This document shows positions 38,020 to 50,600 of a stretch of DNA of 64,000 bases, in pieces. The first letter of the stretch is position 1. Every line of letters starts with the position of its first letter. The stretch is taken from the NCBI GenBank assembly GCA_951406725.2, contig OX597823.1:81158001-81222000 (forward strand), written 5' to 3'. The stretch is from Octopus vulgaris. Its lineage: Eukaryota. The notes beneath the pieces are model-generated. The model saw only the letters and a list, made by a program, of their open reading frames with translations. It was not told the DNA's origin and did not search any database. The translations under genes were made by a program, and so were the position numbers.

Positions 38020-39563
38020 GTAAGCAAATCTTTTTGATTAAAATTTATTAGACAACAATCCTAATTTTAAATTAGGATAAAAATAATAAAAGCAGTGATT
38101 TTAATTTGATTATATACAATGTTCTACTGAAACAGGAAACAAGACATTTGTGAAGCCTTATAATATACAAGTGTACAGTAATTCTCTACAAGTTATGTAG
38201 TAATAAAAACAACCTCCCCGAAATGAAAAAAAAAAAGTTTACAAAAGGGTAAAATCACCTGGATAAAATCCATTTGTATAGAACAACCAAAAGGAACAGG
38301 AGAAAAAAAAAGTAAATTGAGATCAAAAAGATCAATTTTCAGTTGAAGAATGGTATTTATTAAGCGTTAAAGAAGTTTTACTTTGTTGCTTATGTTTAAA
38401 TATTTTGACTTTCTTCTCTCGTTTTGATGTACCAAATATGAACAAAAGAATAGTTAGTAGCTACCAATGGAAAAGTTCATTTGAAAGACTTCATAATTCA
38501 AAACTCCATTTAGGTAGCCACAATTTCAATGTCATATACATAAAACATCACTCGCAAATGCCATTTTGTCCTCAATTTAACAAGGATAAATATGGAATGA
38601 ACAGAATTAAACCTATGATGTAATCTGTTATAAGTAAAGTATTTTCATGTGGATATACTGCAGTAAAATAATCATGGAGTTAATTTTTAAGTATAAACTG
38701 GCAATAACTAAAAAAATTTAATTTCAACAAACTACTTCATTAGATTATCCACACGAAGAAAAATTTAATATTCAAATAAAAATTAAAATCTGAGAGACAA
38801 TTCTGACCTTAAACTTGCATCTTCAAAACAAAAAAAAAACTACAAAACTAGAGAAGAAATGATTTATGGAAGAGCAATGTTGTATTTGATGCCCCCCAAA
38901 CTATTTTGAAGACCGATTTAATAGATTTCTAACTACCTTTCATCAATCGTGTAAGCTCTGGAGGGTAGATACGTTTATATACATTGTACATACAAAACGT
39001 CATGTTACATCAGATATTCACAACACCAAAGTTTGTTTTTCTCGAGTCATCAATAGAAAATGTCAAGTTTTATTTGAAGAGATGATTTTTGTCTCAAATC
39101 TTTCTCACACTGTAATAGTCTTTATTTTCTTTTATTTCTTCCCTTTCACCATCTAAACTGAAATAAAAAGTTTTCTTCCTTTTCACTCTTCTCAAATATT
39201 AATTACTTAATGAATGCGTCTTGAAATTACATTTATTTTCATGCTAATATATTAATTCATTTTTTTTTTAAACTATCACACACAAGTGCAAGGGTTGGCA
39301 ATCTCTTATTTCCACATTCATTAAATGAACACGGAAATCCAATAGATTACAATTGACAAATTATACAGTATATTTTTTTTCTTGATAAGATATGAATGCT
39401 TGTGCATGTATAACGAACTTATTATCTTTTTTTTTAAAACATACATTCATAATCAAATGCATGAATATGTCCAGGATACATAAAAGAGGTTCCAAAAATA
39501 AAAGTATTGAAAACAAAATGTTGGAAGGGAAGAAAATCTGAAGTGTGAAATTTAGGGATTTTT
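38020..39563 (-). other. Probable 3' UTR of the RNF115/RNF126-like gene
   Basis: About 1.5 kb with no recognisable repeat and U-rich on the minus strand. AATAAA candidates (plus-strand tttatt) at about 39121, 39068, 38356 and 38043; the real end is uncertain. Confidence 0.6.
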
Positions 39564-39656
39564 TCAGCTTAAGTCCATAGAGGTTGAAGATGAATAGTGT
39601 TTTGCAGTTGTATCTCTTCCATTTAAGTCCTTTCGGCAAACTGGACAATTCCCATG
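39564..39656 (-). CDS. RNF115/RNF126: RNF115/RNF126-like terminal coding exon (HGNCPVCRKDLNGRDTTAKHYSSSTSMDLS*)
   Basis: Acceptor tattattgtag; completes the RING with CPVCR; TGA at 39566-39564. Not in the ORF track (too short). Confidence 0.95.
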   Translation of the reverse strand, partial: HGNCPVCRKDLNGRDTTAKHYSSSTSMDLS

Positions 39657-39923
39657 CTACAATAATAGAGAGCACCATTACAAAAGAAAAATATCAATAC
39701 AAATCTCGGTAAATATTCTCCAATAGAAAATGTAAAATAAATCCCGATCCAGTTTGTAGTATTTCATTTATAAGCCTTGAAAGAATTTCACATACACTCG
39801 TGCATATATACACAAATACACACATATACATGAACGTGTATAAAATCATGCATATATACGCATACATACACACATCTACATTTATGAACATATCTATACA
39901 TTAACACATAGCTATAAATACAT

Positions 39924-39961
<38 letters not shown>

Positions 39962-42900
39962 CAGATGTAGGTATATACATATATTCAAATATATATAAAC
40001 ATATGTGCACATATGCATATGCACACATGTACATGCAATCACATATATATATATATTACATAAATACACAAATATCCATACTTATACATACATCCAAACA
40101 GAAATATACATATACACACCCATAAGTGCACACACAAATGCACATACAAATCTCAACTTATTCTGTGTTATTTCCATCTATGCTGGAGTGAAATAGACGT
40201 AACTATATTGAGGCAGATTTTCTACAGCTGGGTGCTCTTGCTGCCATCTACACCTGAACATTTGTTCACTGGAGAATGTGAACAGATGTTCAGTAATTCA
40301 AATGACCTGTAATGACTAGTGAATAGACAAAATTTTAAGACCATTTCCCTGCTCAAAAATCAGAAGTACAGCGAAGACATTCTTTGTTTTCTTTCAAAGT
40401 ATTCTTCAACTTTATTTCTTTTAGATCAATCTTACTTTATAAGCTTTTCACAAAAACAGCTACTCTTAAATTTTCCTAAGTTTTGTCTTATACGTTGTTT
40501 GTTAGCATATGATATTTGTATGCACAGGCTAGACTGGTAAAAAAGTTTGCTTCCGAACCACCTGGTTCCGGGTTCAGTGAGCAAGTGTCTACTACAGCCT
40601 CAAGACAGACCAATGCTTTGTAAATGTATTTGGTAGATAAACAGAAAGAACCTTGTGTGTGTGTACATACGTACATGCATGCTAGTTTTTTCCTACTTCA
40701 CTGCCCAATGATTGTTGATGTGTTTACAACCCTGTAACTTAGAGGTTTGGCCAAAGAGACTGATAAAGTAAGTACTGGGGGTCAATACATTCAACTAAAA
40801 TTCAAGGCAGTGCCTCAGCATGGCAGCAGTCTAATGACAACCAAGTAAAAGATAAAACCAAAAAAAAAAAAAAAAAAAAAAACAGCTATACCTATCAATG
40901 CTTACTTAATCAGTGAGCTAATGATTCACATTGTCTAATTCTAACTGTATTTTTCTTATGCTGATTAAAAAAAAAACAATATAAATAGACAAACAAAAGA
41001 ATCATTGGTACAATGAATTGAAGAGTCCAAGATTTTGTGTAAAACTACACAGTTCTGCTCAAACCACCGCTTTTTTTTTTTATGGAACCAGCCATCTCAT
41101 ACTGTACATTTAAAGGAGTTTACTCCAACAAGCCCCTTTTTCTTCATCTTTCCACCTCACTATATACTTTGTCACTAATCCTCACCTTTCTCTCTCTCCA
41201 TATATGTTTTTCTTTCTACCTCTAATCCTCTGTACTAATTGTCATTAACATCAGGTCCTACACTCAGAGTCAGAACTTCCATTGTAACCACAAACAGCAG
41301 TAGGATTCACACAATCTCTTGCATTTCAAACCTCACTTCACTCTCTTAACCGTTACCATCATTAAGACTGTGTACATTCTCATACATCAACATTACTACT
41401 CTAACAATTCCTCCACTCCTGTCCCTCTCAATGCCCATGTCACTATATTATATGTAACCCCTATCAAAAGCTTTCTTCACATCAAACCCAAGAAACAATT
41501 TATGCCCCCAAGATTCTTCTCTACTGCCTTGTAATAACTGCATCAGTCAATCCCCCTTTTTGGCATAAAGCCTAAACTGCATTCCATTTCATCTTAAGAC
41601 CACCTCCTCCAATGCACCTTCCCTCTTTTTTTTATTTTTATTTTTTGTCTTCCAAGTACTTGGTGACGCTGTCAGTGTGTCACTTAAAAGCTCCCAGTTC
41701 ACACTGTGAAGTAGTTGGTGTTCGGAAAGGAATCCAGTTGTAAAAACCATGCCAAAACTGACCTAGCCTATGCTTGTGCCACGTAAAAAGCACTAAGTCC
41801 ACTCTGCTGAGTGGTTAGTGTTAGGAAAGGCATCCAGCTGTAAAAATCCTGCCAAAACAGTCACAGAAGTCTGGTGCACTACCTGGCTGGCGGACGTTAA
41901 CTGATGATGATTTTCTACTGTATTCTCTCCTTTAGCACTCCATCCAATACTTCCATTTTTTGTTCTGATAATCTGTTCCTTACAATCTACAATCCCGAGG
42001 ATCACTAAGCCTTTGTATAGGGAATTGCGAGTACCACAGAAATACATTTTTTTCTAAAACCAACATGCAGATTTCTCATATCATCACATACACCAACTTT
42101 CATCATCTACCCCACACTACCTTCAGGTTTGGTCCTATTTTCACTTTTTATTTCTCATATTCTCAAGTTATTTATCAGCTATCTCCTCTGCTGCTCTTAT
42201 GACTCCACTCTTTCTCCACACTGAATATCACCTCAATATATTTCTTCCACCTTCTCATAAGTCTATCTGGATTCAAAACAAATTCTCCCATTTCATCTAC
42301 TAAACACTGTCACAATATTTATTTGTTGACTACATATAAACATTGACAGACATATGCACATACAAATACAGAAGTACAAACACACACACATATATATACA
42401 TATATAAATATACACGTGCATATAAATATATACCCACATATATACATACATAAATATTCACAAATATATGCACACATTGGATGTTGTTTACCTTGACGTG
42501 CCACACAAAAGACTTAAGGCAGAACTCTCTGCAATGAGTGTGAAAGACGATCTTTTTAAGTGGTTGGAATACTTCATTCTCACTCCAAAAAAGGTAGTCA
42601 TGGTTCTAGGATAGCATTCATCATTCTAGGAGATGTCATCTGGTGTACCGTAGGGATCTTGGCTCCTTTTTGCTTGTTGCATACATTAATGACATAGATG
42701 CCAACTTAAAAAAATGCCACAGCGCTGAAATGAGATCAGGCTGTACCTTGAGATAAAAAGGACAGATCCTGAACACAATGCAACAATGGATCATGGACTG
42801 GCAACTCAAGCTGTCTGTGGACAAGTGTATCACCATGTATTTTGGGAGGAAAAATCCAGATTCCACATACTCTCTCCACAACACTAATATCAAGAAGTCT

Positions 42901-44830
42901 TCTTGTGAATGTGACCTGCGCAATCAGTGCTGGACAAAGAACATCTCTAAAATTGACTTTCAGAAACATTTTTTCTCCACTCAGAGTCGCTGAAGCATGG
43001 AACAAGCTACCTCCATAAGTTGTTAGCTGCCGAGACATTGCATCCTTTAAAACTTCTATGCTTCCTGAAATTCTCCAATACTACACCTGATATCCCTGCA
43101 CCACACACATGCACATATATATGAGTCATACCCTATTCACTTTGCTGACATTTGTACATAATTCTATGTACTATACATGCACCTTTGATGAGTTGTAGTG
43201 CACCCGAGCACTATGCACAATTTCATTATTATAATAATAATATAATAATAATAATAATTGTGTACAGTGCTCAGGTGCACTACAACTCATCTAAAGTGTA
43301 TATATAATCAGGTGAAGTTTCGGCGGATTTCGGAAAGCATGAGGGCCTTAAAAGATGCAGTGTCATGGCAGTCAACAACTGACGCAGGCAGTTTATTCCA
43401 TGCTTCAGCAACTCTGAGCGTGAAAAAATGTTTCCGAAAGTCATGGGAGCTGTATTGTTTTCTGACTTTGTAGGCATGTCCACGTGTGTTAGACACATGG
43501 AGATCAAAAAGGTGTTCAGTGTTGTTGTTGGTGAGGTGGTTGATAACTTTGTGGGTGTTTACCAAGTCCGTCGCCAAACGCCGGAGCTTCAGTGAATCCA
43601 TGCCCAGGGAAACAAGGCGCTCAGAATATGGTAGGTGTCTGATGGAGGGTATGCGTTTGGTTGCACGTCTCTGGACAGATTCCAGGAGGTCAATGTTCTG
43701 TGCAAGATAGGGGTTCCAAACTGATGATGCGAATTCCAAGTGTGGTCGTACCATAGCTGTATACAGTTTTAAATAGATGGCTGGAGAGCGGCTAACAAAA
43801 GACCTGCTGAGTGATGCCAAGACACCCTCGGCCTTCCTGACAATCTTAGAGATATGCTTGTATGTACACATACACATTCTTTTTAATGCCCTCTTCCATG
43901 TTTGCATGGACCTTAGAAAATTCACCGAGACATTTTTTGATGGCTGGAATGCTCTCCCTGTCATCAACATTCACCTTATTTCAAGAAAGGCAATACTTCC
44001 CCAGGTCCTTCAAACAATGACCAGCACAGCACGACAGGTTTCCACATAAGATTGCGAACAAATAACACTGCTTGTATGACTACATTTGTTCACAATTACA
44101 ATTAACGTATAATGTCAAGACACAGACACACAAACAATAGGTGTCTCTCCGTTTTTAACAAATCCACTCATGAGGCTTCGGCAGGCTCAAGACTAAAAAA
44201 GAAGAGACACTTGCCGAGGGTGTCAGACAGTGGGACTGAACCTGAAACCATGCGGTTGTGAAGCAAACTTAATCACAAAGCTGTGTGTGTGTGTGCATAT
44301 CATGATCATATATATACATATACACACACACACATGCATGTAGACATGCACCCACGAGTATACACACACAATTTGCGAGTATACACACACACACACACAC
44401 AATTTGCGAGTACACACACACACACATCCACATGAGTACAGATATTCACACACATCCACAAATATATATACCTCCTTACAAATACACATAGAGACACATA
44501 TCCACACCATTCTCAATGTCTCGAAAAATTAAGCCAAAATAATAGTCAAGAGTGAATGCTCAACAGCTCAAATAGTCAACACGGTGCCATAAATGCTCAC
44601 GGCTAATTTGGATTGTCCAATACATTTTTTCGTGTGTTGACTGAAACCAAAAGAGGGCATTATCTATTCCAAATGCATCCAAATATTCGATTAAAATGCA
44701 ACAAACTCTGGGTATTAGTGAAAATTTCGTCACCCCACAACACTTTTGTTTTATGATTTGTGACACTTTGTCAGTTAGATAAGCATTTTTGAATAAAAGG
44801 TGGGGAAAAAAGTATATATAAGTGTATGTA

Positions 44831-44861
<31 letters not shown>

Positions 44862-47634
44862 TGATGGGCAAAAGTAGGTATACAGTTGATTAGCATGACT
44901 GGAATTTTCTTTTTCAATAAGCAATTCATTAATTGATTAAGGGTCATCATCATTGTTTAACATCCATTTTCCCATGCCGGCATGTGTTGGACAGCTCAAC
45001 ATGGAGCTGGCCAACAGTCCACACAACAAATGTCCATTGTGACATATTTTCTATGGCTGGAGTTCTTAACACCAACAGAGGGTGCTTTTTAGATGCCAGC
45101 AGCACGAGTGCGTTTATGCAGCACAAGTGTGGGTGTATTGTATGTAGTACTAGCTCCTGAAAGGACAAGCCTGTATGTATGGAAGAGAGCAGTTTTACTT
45201 AGCTTGATGCCCAGCGTTCGAAGATCTTTCCTCACCACTTTGTCTTACGTCTTCCTGGGTCTACCCCTTCCACAGGTTCCCTTCACAATTAGAGCTCAGC
45301 ACTTCTTTACGCAGCTAGGATGGCTGCAGGAAAAGCCTAGTTCATTGGAAGGCCTGAATTTTGATGCCTTCCAATGCTCGAGTCAGAAGCAACTGTATAC
45401 CTACTTTTGCCCACCCCTGTACATACATTTATAGATGGTAAAGAACAATTCTAAATATACTTACCCTTAATAACCACTGATCTATACAATTTATGTGGTA
45501 TTGATGATTGCAACCCAATTCTTTCACTTGTTCACTTAACTCAAATTCATTTAGACATATTGGGCATTGGAGGTTTTTGTCTAAAAGAGATAAAAAGTAA
45601 AACGACATCTCAGATTGAAAGGAGACATTTGAAAACAGATAGAAATAGCTATAAATTTGGAAGCAGGAAATTACATGATTAATAAGCACAAAAAAAAAAA
45701 AAACCTCCTACACACCAAATATTTTTTATTGCATTTACGTTTAAATAAGAGACAGAGAGAGAATTAAAATTTGCTTCAAGAAAAAACTGGTTGTTGAGAG
45801 AGAAATACAGTGTATGTGTGTGAAAGATAGATAGGTAGACTTGCCACCAAAGTAACCAACAAGACTTTCACTGTGTAACTCTACTATGAAAGAAAAGGTA
45901 CGTGCATGATTAACAGATATTTTTACTGGCAGCATAGCAACAAGGTAAAGACCAAGTTTTAATAACATTGTGGGAAGATACATTTTATTTGCAATTTACA
46001 CATTAAAAAGGGTACACTGTTAATTGTTCATTTCTGATACTGCAAATAATGATATACATACATACACAAAAAATGAAAAAGTGCTGGGTGTGGCACACAC
46101 AAGAGGAAGGAATGTGAGATGGTTTGGACGTGATGTGTAAGAGCGAGAATGGCATTCAGATTACTGTTAAATGTAATGCTTATCTATTCACATCATTTTG
46201 AAATAATCATGCTTTATTTCGTAGTTTCAAGATTTCAACGATGGGATTCTTTATTTTTAGGAAGACATTGTAGGTAGGTATGAAAGGCAGGATCTAGCCA
46301 GTCTGAACATAAACCAGGTAGAATATCTGGGCCGGATATGGCTGGTTTTTAACTGCTGAAGGACTGAAGTAGATGGTACCCATGGAGGAGGATGACCTAG
46401 GAGTAAGTGGGCATGGAATGAAGTGGAGAGAACTGATCTCAAGATGTTAAGCCTCACAGCAGAGATGATGATGGAAGATGTCTGGCAATATAATGTTCTA
46501 GAGAAGACCCACCCACCTCAGTGAAACTGAGTTCTGGAAGCACTATATACCCACCTTATTGAGCCAGACTCCACCTCGTCTTTATGCATTATGCTTGTCT
46601 CCCCACACCTATACCTGCAGCTCTTCATCTCTCTCTCTCCTCCCACTGCCAACTGTATCATCTTGTCATACCCCTACATACTCTTATTTCACCACTCGCT
46701 CCATTCCACTTGGCACTCGTGAACTCCCCGCTCACTCACCCACACCACCACTTCATTTACATTCACCTCCTTGAGGATATGAGGGATTGTGTGACTTCTG
46801 TTTTTTAACACTTAAATGGATGTCAAAACTGAATTGTGTTTTACAATCCTATCTCTTCCATTTAAAGCCTTCCAGTAAACTAGGTTAACTTAAACACAAA
46901 ATATATATATATATATATATACATTGGGGGAATAAAGGAAAATAAATTACTCATTGAGGTATTAAAAAACACTGAAATTTCTTGCTTTAAATCTTAGTTA
47001 TACAAGACATTGATATTTCATTTTCGTATATAGTTAACAAGATTCTTGATATGAACTTGTTGAAACAATTTACTGTATGTCACAAGGGTCATTGTGCCAA
47101 TAACACACACACTGGTTCTATTTTACTTTATTATTTGTCAACTGCTAAACTATTTAACCAGTTGCTTAATTGTTTGATTAACCAATCAGTTATGTTTGTC
47201 AAAGCATTTTTGCCACCATTCATAATCTCATCAAATACATGCCCTCTGAAGCTGACCTGGAATGGAAGGGGACATGTTATTGATGAGGTCACAGATGCTG
47301 ACTGATCAACCAGTTAACCTAACAAATAATTGGTTAAATAGTTAACCAATTGATCTTGCCAAGATCAATTTTGCCTTTCACCGTGGATAAATTAAGTACT
47401 ACTCAAATACTGGGCTTAATGTAATTGGCTTATCTTTTCTGCCAAAACCTGCAGGCTCAGTGTCACAATTTGAAACTATTATTGGCATAATATTCCTGAG
47501 ATACAAAACTAACAATATACTTATCACTGAAAAAAAAAAGTTGTATTTTAAGTTTTTAAATCTAATAGAAACAGTATCAAAATGAAGTTATAATCATTGC
47601 ATATAATAGAAAACAGAACCAAATAAAGTATGCA

Positions 47635-47665
<31 letters not shown>

Positions 47666-50600
47666 CACTTGTGCATGCCCAGGCATGTGTATTCTCTTTT
47701 CTTTATTGGTAAATAGACCACCTAATGTTGATATTTGATACAGGGTATGAAATACTGTTCAAAAGCTGAACATTGGATCTGTAAGTTACAAAGTTGTTAC
47801 AATCAACCCCAACATAATATAATTAACAAAATTATTTCATTATATCAAGAATATTGTTCCTTTTATAAATATTTTAAAAGCAATTCAATTTAGTGGCTAC
47901 TTAAGTTTTACTCACTTTGTCAATATACACAAAGACAGTTTTTCATATATACCACCTCACATATCACCCAAATTGTAACATTCTATTTTTATATTTTCGT
48001 TTTCCACATGCCACTTTAAACGCATTCAAAATTAGTTCAAAATGTAAATGTTTTAATTAACTTTTTTTTTAAAGACTATTTTAATTTTCAACTATGGATA
48101 CAACAGTAAATTAAACTATATTTTAATTTAAGATATTAATTCACTTCAAACTTTTGAAAAGTGTTGTGTTTCTGAGAAACTGGCCTTTCTTTGCACAACA
48201 TTATTCTGCATCCATATTTAACACACATACACAGAGTACCAGACCAATTATCTGGTAAGCTTGGGATTAAAAGTGTCCCAGATTTCCAGAGAGTCTAAAT
48301 ATATACTTAAAATATAAAATAAACCATGAAAAGTAAACAATTAAGTCCTATTTAACAGATTCAAATTAATACACTTGTAAAGCAGGGTCTGTTTGGTATT
48401 TATTAATCCACTTAAAATATATATTTCACAAAGGATGAAAATTAAATGAAGAAAAATAAAGGACACGATTTTAACAAATACAGGTACAAATTAATACAAT
48501 TCTACAGCAGAATATCTTCAATCTTTATCAAACCACTTTGAAAAGGTAAAAAGAAAATTAAACCATATGCAAATTAACCAAATTCAAAAACACTGTCTAT
48601 ATACTCAATGCAGGATAATATATTGCATGATGTTGCACAATATTCCTGGCAGCCAGATAAGAGGTATGGTACTGTATTTAGTTTGACCCAGTAAAGTGTT
48701 ATTCTTTCTACTCAACCACACAATGCCAAAACTGAAGAGAAATATAATTTCCTGCAATTATTGCTAGCTAGCTGCACTATTAAGTATCTAATGGAGGCAT
48801 GGATTACTCACTACAATTGTTAAAACTATGTGAGAACAGCAACAACAAAAGCTCTGGAAAATGAAAATGTGAAGCAGGCATCCAACGGAGGAACTTTCAA
48901 TCCAAGACTCAGTTTCATATCAGATTTTGCTGTCTCACTTAACAAAATACTAAAGCCGGTCTCTTCAACTTATCTGTTTGAATATTGAAATGCAGTGTTT
49001 CTCTCAGTATTATTTGCATATAATAATATTCAAGTGTATGCAATGGAAATAACTTATATTAGTTTACTTGTGCAGGTTAAGAAAAAGTATTTTTTTGTAG
49101 AAAAGCCAAAGAACCAATTATGTTTTTTTGTTGTTTTTTTTTTAAATTTCTTCTGGAATATATTATTACACAGTTCTTTCTGCAATCAAAGTTGAATTTC
49201 AAAGAGGTGTCAATTCATAAGAAAAAGGAAGACTAAAATAGTTCTTTTTAATTACTGGTTAATTCTTTTTTCAGGTGGACCCAGACAATGATTAGAACTT
49301 ACTCATTCCCTTTAATAAATTCTAATTAACTGTTGTACACAAACACACAACAAAGTATTTTATCATTAAATTTATTACTATTGGAAGTAAGCATGGTCAT
49401 GGCCATGTAGCTAAAAAGTGTATTTTCCGAGTATGAGGTCAAGTTCAATAAACACCACTGCACATTATTATGGGCAGGTGTCTCCAACCAAAGCATCAGT
49501 ATGACCAAAGCCATATCATGCAGAAACTATACAGAAGCTCATCATGGAACACTAGTGTAGACAAGAGACAACAGGACAAAATGATACTGTATAAGTTCCA
49601 TCTAATGTTGCTTTTGTCCCTTATGAGATTGATATAACTGACTAAAACCATTGAAATTTCAACTAAGCATGGCCATAGTTCAAAGATCGCATTACAATGG
49701 TCAAATACATCCAGTGTATCTTTTCCAAATTTATAGCATTGTGCTAATATTAGAAGTTATGAATATATAGGTGGAGTGACAAATACTTACACTGAAATGC
49801 CTCAATGTATTTAGCTCCATCCCTCAATAAAACAGAATACAGTGGAGGGTTCACCAAATCATTGATTTAAACATATTTCCTTATATTGCAAGATGGGGGC
49901 AGGGGGTCAAAATGCTGAATTCTGAAGAAATTTTTTTGTAAGGTTTTGTATTAACGCTTGTTACTAATACACCCAATACTTTAACCATAATTTCCACCTC
50001 GTACTTGAAATGAGTAGCAACAAATCTTACTATGTTAAGAGAATATGTATGGTTTCATTATACACCTGTTATACCTTATCTGTTATTTGGTGACATGAAA
50101 TATGTGTTCTTCAAATTTTTTTTCCCCCCCCAGTTATCTTTTCTATAGCATTACACTCTTGGAACAAAAGGATACCAGCTTCACATTTAGCAGTAGCCAT
50201 TCTAAATTTGATGGTTTTTGAAAGTAGCAGCAGCAAAAGAAAAATGTAGCAAGCATAACCATGTTTTGGAAGTAGAGTCAAAAATATTCCAATTTCTGAT
50301 AGTGATAGCAACTCTGACAGCAATATTGAAAGCAAGAACGAATTTATTCCAGAAAGACAATGCAGTGAAAATTTTTTAATATTTCTCTTCAAAATTTTTT
50401 AAAAGAAACCATACCCAATCACAATCTTCCTGAGGACTTGAAACCAATCGATTGTTTCCTTTATTTTTTCCTATTGAAATGTTCCAGACAATAACTGCAG
50501 AAACAAATTGTTACGCAGAACATAAACAAGGGAAAAAAGACAGTCCATGGTCTTGTACATGCCTGAACAAAATTTGGGTATCTTTTGCAACAAACATTAA

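Noticed and set aside
44560-44871. 103-aa minus-strand ORF in the last RNF intron
   Set aside because: Starts in a microsatellite; no convincing splice pair or known domain.
47148-47370. Short inverted repeats (aactatttaacca; attgatcttg)
   Set aside because: AT-rich, short and without TSD; partly a SINE remnant.
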